A stretch of 62,955 nucleotides of DNA, filler included. It is 6 parts of 6 records of this genome, joined end to end, with 100 filler letters (N's around TTAATTAATTAA, not from the genome) between each part and the next. Parts side by side here need not be neighbours in the genome. Positions count along the whole stretch, not along the records: positions 56,612 to 62,955 come from SRR2962707_5050; 5 more parts are not named here. One strand, given 5' to 3'. The position numbers and the translations under genes were made by a program. Positions 60,035 to 62,955 of the stretch are shown one piece after another. The notes under the pieces were generated by a model. The model searched no databases, was not told the origin of the DNA, and saw nothing but the letters and a program-made list of their open reading frames with translations. The stretch's first letter is position 1. The number at the start of each line of letters is the position of its first letter.

Positions 60035-60105
60035 AGAAGCAGAAGCAGAAGCAGAAATGCAGAAGCAGAAGCAGTGAGAGTGGGTGAGTGAGGGAGTGAG
60101 CGAGC
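60035..60105 (+). repeat. Low-complexity (GCAGAA)n and (GAGT)n-like tracts
   Basis: Imperfect tandem hexamers followed by GTGA/GAGT units in intergenic DNA. Confidence 0.7.
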
Positions 60106-60459
60106 GAGAATCTTCACGAAGAAGCAACCCGAGAGCCCAGGCCAATCAACTGCACGCCGCAAGTAACAATGCTTAAAACGTGCAAATTTAGAAAGGTTGG
60201 AGTGTATAATAGTTTGCCATTTTATTAAAATGTTGCAACATATCACATGTATGTGGTTTTTGTCCCCCACCAACACACACATCGCGTGGCAGGGCAGATC
60301 GTGTGCAAAATGACGCTTACACACAACATCGGGATTTTCGTTGATTGACACCGAGTTGCCACCCCCCCCCTCCCCCCCCAGGAAGTGCATGAGTTGAACA
60401 GCATCGACATTCACTCGCAATGTGGCCTCCCAAAGCGCTGCCTCCGCGAACGCCGCCAA

Positions 60460-62646
60460 TCACCTCAGTGAGGCGTCCAAACGCTTCCGACGCGTTGCAG
60501 CCTTCTTCGCCTGCAACATGTCGATACAATACCGACCAATTTGAGATTTGCTGGCCTTCAGCGCTTTCTGCATGCTCCCGTCGATCTCGCGAAGCTTGCG
60601 GTGGCTGTCCTTCCGGCCTTGCACTATTTGGTTGGCCTCATCCGCCTCCTCTTGCCGCCAAACGCTATGCAATTGATGGATTTTGTCCGCGCGTGACGGG
60701 TAAGCCTTGTAATTGCGCATGCCGCCACTTTTGCACCAATCCACAGGGACTGTGCGGGTGATCGAAATTGCTACGGCACCCGCCTACAGATTGTGACAGA
60801 AAGGCACGAGAGGTAAGGCAAAGTGGCACAAAGCAATACAATACATGGCAAAAAACAAATTCAAGCCGCGCCGCTCAAACATAGGACTTACCCGACGGTC
60901 TGCAGCAGTTCCAAGGTATTCTTGCACCATCGGGCTGATCATGTTGGCACCAAATCGCTCCCGCCACTGGCGAAGCCGGCGTGCGCGACGTGTTGTTTTG
61001 ACATAGAGGGTTCCGTCCGAATTTTTTAGCGGCCGACTCAACGCTGCATCCTTCGCATCCCCAAGAGGACTATTGCGTGGCGAGCTGCCGTCATGTTGCT
61101 GAAGGGTTGGCAGTCTACTGGAATCGGCCGCAGAGTCGGCTTCAGACTGGTTGCCGGCACCTGGGTTTCCCGGGTGATCAGCTGCCTCGTCGAAAAATCG
61201 ATTTCGAGAAATGCGCACTGAGGAGCCACAAACGTTCACACCAAAGAGGTGTGAGTACAAGTCGTCGTAAACACTTTCCATGAGTTGGTTGTTGTACAAG
61301 TGCCTTGATGCCGGGCACAAGAACGTAAAGCCCAAGATGACAGCGCGTGCGAGGGCAAAAGGAAGAACTTTGAACACGATGTCTTTGTTGAAAGTCATGA
61401 AGAAGAGCTGGTCGCAGGTGGGAAATTGCCCTCTGTTGTCATTAAGTTTCCCAACAATCCGAACATACTTTGTAGCAATGCGTTGACGCAAATATTCGAC
61501 CTCTTGCTCGGCACGATGCTGAAAGTTTTTGCAAAACAGATACCAAAAGCAGTCGGCGTACAAGTCCATGCTGATAGGACGGAGGATGAACTCTCTAAAC
61601 ACTCGCGTGCTTTTCCCCAGGTCCGTAGTGATAACTACATACTCCAGGATATCCCGTGCGTACAGATCAAACGGCGGCGCTCCAATTTGGTAGTGTGATT
61701 CGGGGCTCTCAACTGAGCGAATAATGTTCGCCTCAGTCAGCGACTGCAAACGCTTTTCGAGCTTCAGCTTTCGTGCCTCCCGCTCCTTGATGATCTGCTG
61801 CCGCTCTGTCTCTTTCCGTCTTGTGAATAATAGTTTTTCCATTCGTGCCAGATGCTCCTTGCTTCCAGTCAGCGTTGAGTGGCGACCGCGACGGGCAAGA
61901 TCCTCTGCGCTGCCGACTGACCCGGGGCGTTCCCGAAACAGCACGCCCCCCCTACTATCAAGCCATGCGAGTGCACTTCGCAGCCGGTGCGACACCTTGG
62001 TCTCCAACGCTTTCACCTTTTCATTCAGCACTCGTACCATCTCATCATTCCACTTTTTCCGCTGCTCGAAATCGGAGTCACGGTACATGTCGTTGCAGCT
62101 GAGCTGCCGCTTGGCGTCGTCGTACAGCTCTTTGAGCTTGATCTTCTTCAGCTGGTGATTGGGCGCGATGTTATACAGACACTGGTAAATGCGGCGCAAA
62201 GGGGAAGGTTTCAGCCCAATGCGTCGGTCCCACATAATCAATGGGAACCCGAGCAACTGCGTATAGAAGGCCTTATCCAGCGCCACCATCTCAAGGTCAG
62301 AGAGTCCATCCAACGGTGCTCCGTTGCTACCTCGCCCTCTCTCCATCACTTCAGACGGGACCCAACCCGACTTGCGGAACATGCAGCTGGTTTTCTTGTC
62401 CACCCACCCGTACGAAGGGTCGCGCTGCATTTTGCGAAACGTCTCGCGAGTCACAGGTTCAGTGAACTTGTAGGACGGAAACTTCTCAGCCATCGCCAGA
62501 AGGCCTGCGCGCTGGTGATCGTCCAGGTCGCTGGACTTGAGCCATTGCGCATGCTTGGGCAACTTTTTGAACCGCTCTGCAAGTGCTCTTCTCTCCTCAG
62601 CCGCGGCAGCGGCTGCTTTCGCGGACCGCGCTGATGCCTGTTGCAT
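60460..62646 (-). CDS. FAM227-like (FWWh-domain) protein, two exons
   Basis: Exons 62646-60892 and 60783-60460 joined in frame by a GTAAG...TAG intron; 'DCFWYLFCKNF...RIATKYV...KDIVFKVLPFALARAV..GF...CP.SRHLY' resembles the FWWh domain. Confidence 0.7.
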
Positions 62647-62955
62647 GGCTGCTGGCTAAAGTTTACAAAAAAATACCTCAACCGGGCATTCCTCCAATAC
62701 GAACAAACTCAACACCTGCCTCCACTGAACAGTGCGCAATTAATTGCAGCTGACAACGATTTCGAAAAATAAATACGAAGGAAACAGACCACCCGTACGC
62801 TGAGCACCATTTGAAGAGTTCCATCGCGCTTTCCAACCTCCCCTCCGTTCCTTCCGCAATCCCTTCACACGTTGCACTCTCTTAGCCCAGCGCGCGCAAG
62901 CAAGAAGCCGAGCTAGCGAGTGCGCGAGTCCGAGTGAGTGAGTCTTCGCGCGGAA

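Noticed and set aside
59746-60459. 237-aa minus-strand ORF and other overlapping ORFs in the eukaryotic contig
   Set aside because: They are translations of low-complexity intergenic DNA or antisense shadows with no recognisable motifs.
43037-62955. Horizontal transfer between Bacteroidota, Gammaproteobacteria and a eukaryote
   Set aside because: Every compositional shift coincides with an artificial spacer.

Overview
This window is not one locus. It is six unrelated contigs joined by artificial 100-nt spacers (44 N + TTAATTAATTAA + 44 N), so adjacency across spacers has no biological meaning. Taxonomic labels below are inferred from composition and gene content. (1) 1-13572, AT-rich, Flavobacteriaceae-like: DUF1254/DUF1214-type protein, outer-membrane barrel, an ECF sigma-FecR-SusC-SusD locus ending in an M16 (PqqL-like) protease, and partial katG. 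(2) 13673-24755, Cytophagales-like alpha-glucan operon (GH31, two GH13, MFS, ROK kinase, pfkA, DoxX, BASS) with a LacI-type operator and two REP-like families at the left end. (3) 24856-32450, Cytophagales-like: tandem MacB/FtsX-type permeases and a DEDDh-fused dnaE. (4) 32551-43036, Cytophagales-like housekeeping region (mnmD, polA, lgt and others) with six copies of a G/C-run palindromic repeat, four of which bracket a DUF559 (Vsr-like) endonuclease gene as two inverted doublets. This REPIN/RAYT-like layout with a non-HUH nuclease is the most interesting signal. (5) 43137-56511, Pseudoalteromonas-like: chaperone-usher pilus operon with a CsgD/VpsT-like regulator, a VOC lipoprotein plus an uncalled 50-aa lipoprotein, an MCP/PBP-like/porin triad, GNAT, partial ggt. 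(6) 56612-62955, intron-containing eukaryotic (probably protist) DNA: a DHYC-type palmitoyltransferase, a secreted LRR protein and a FAM227-like gene.
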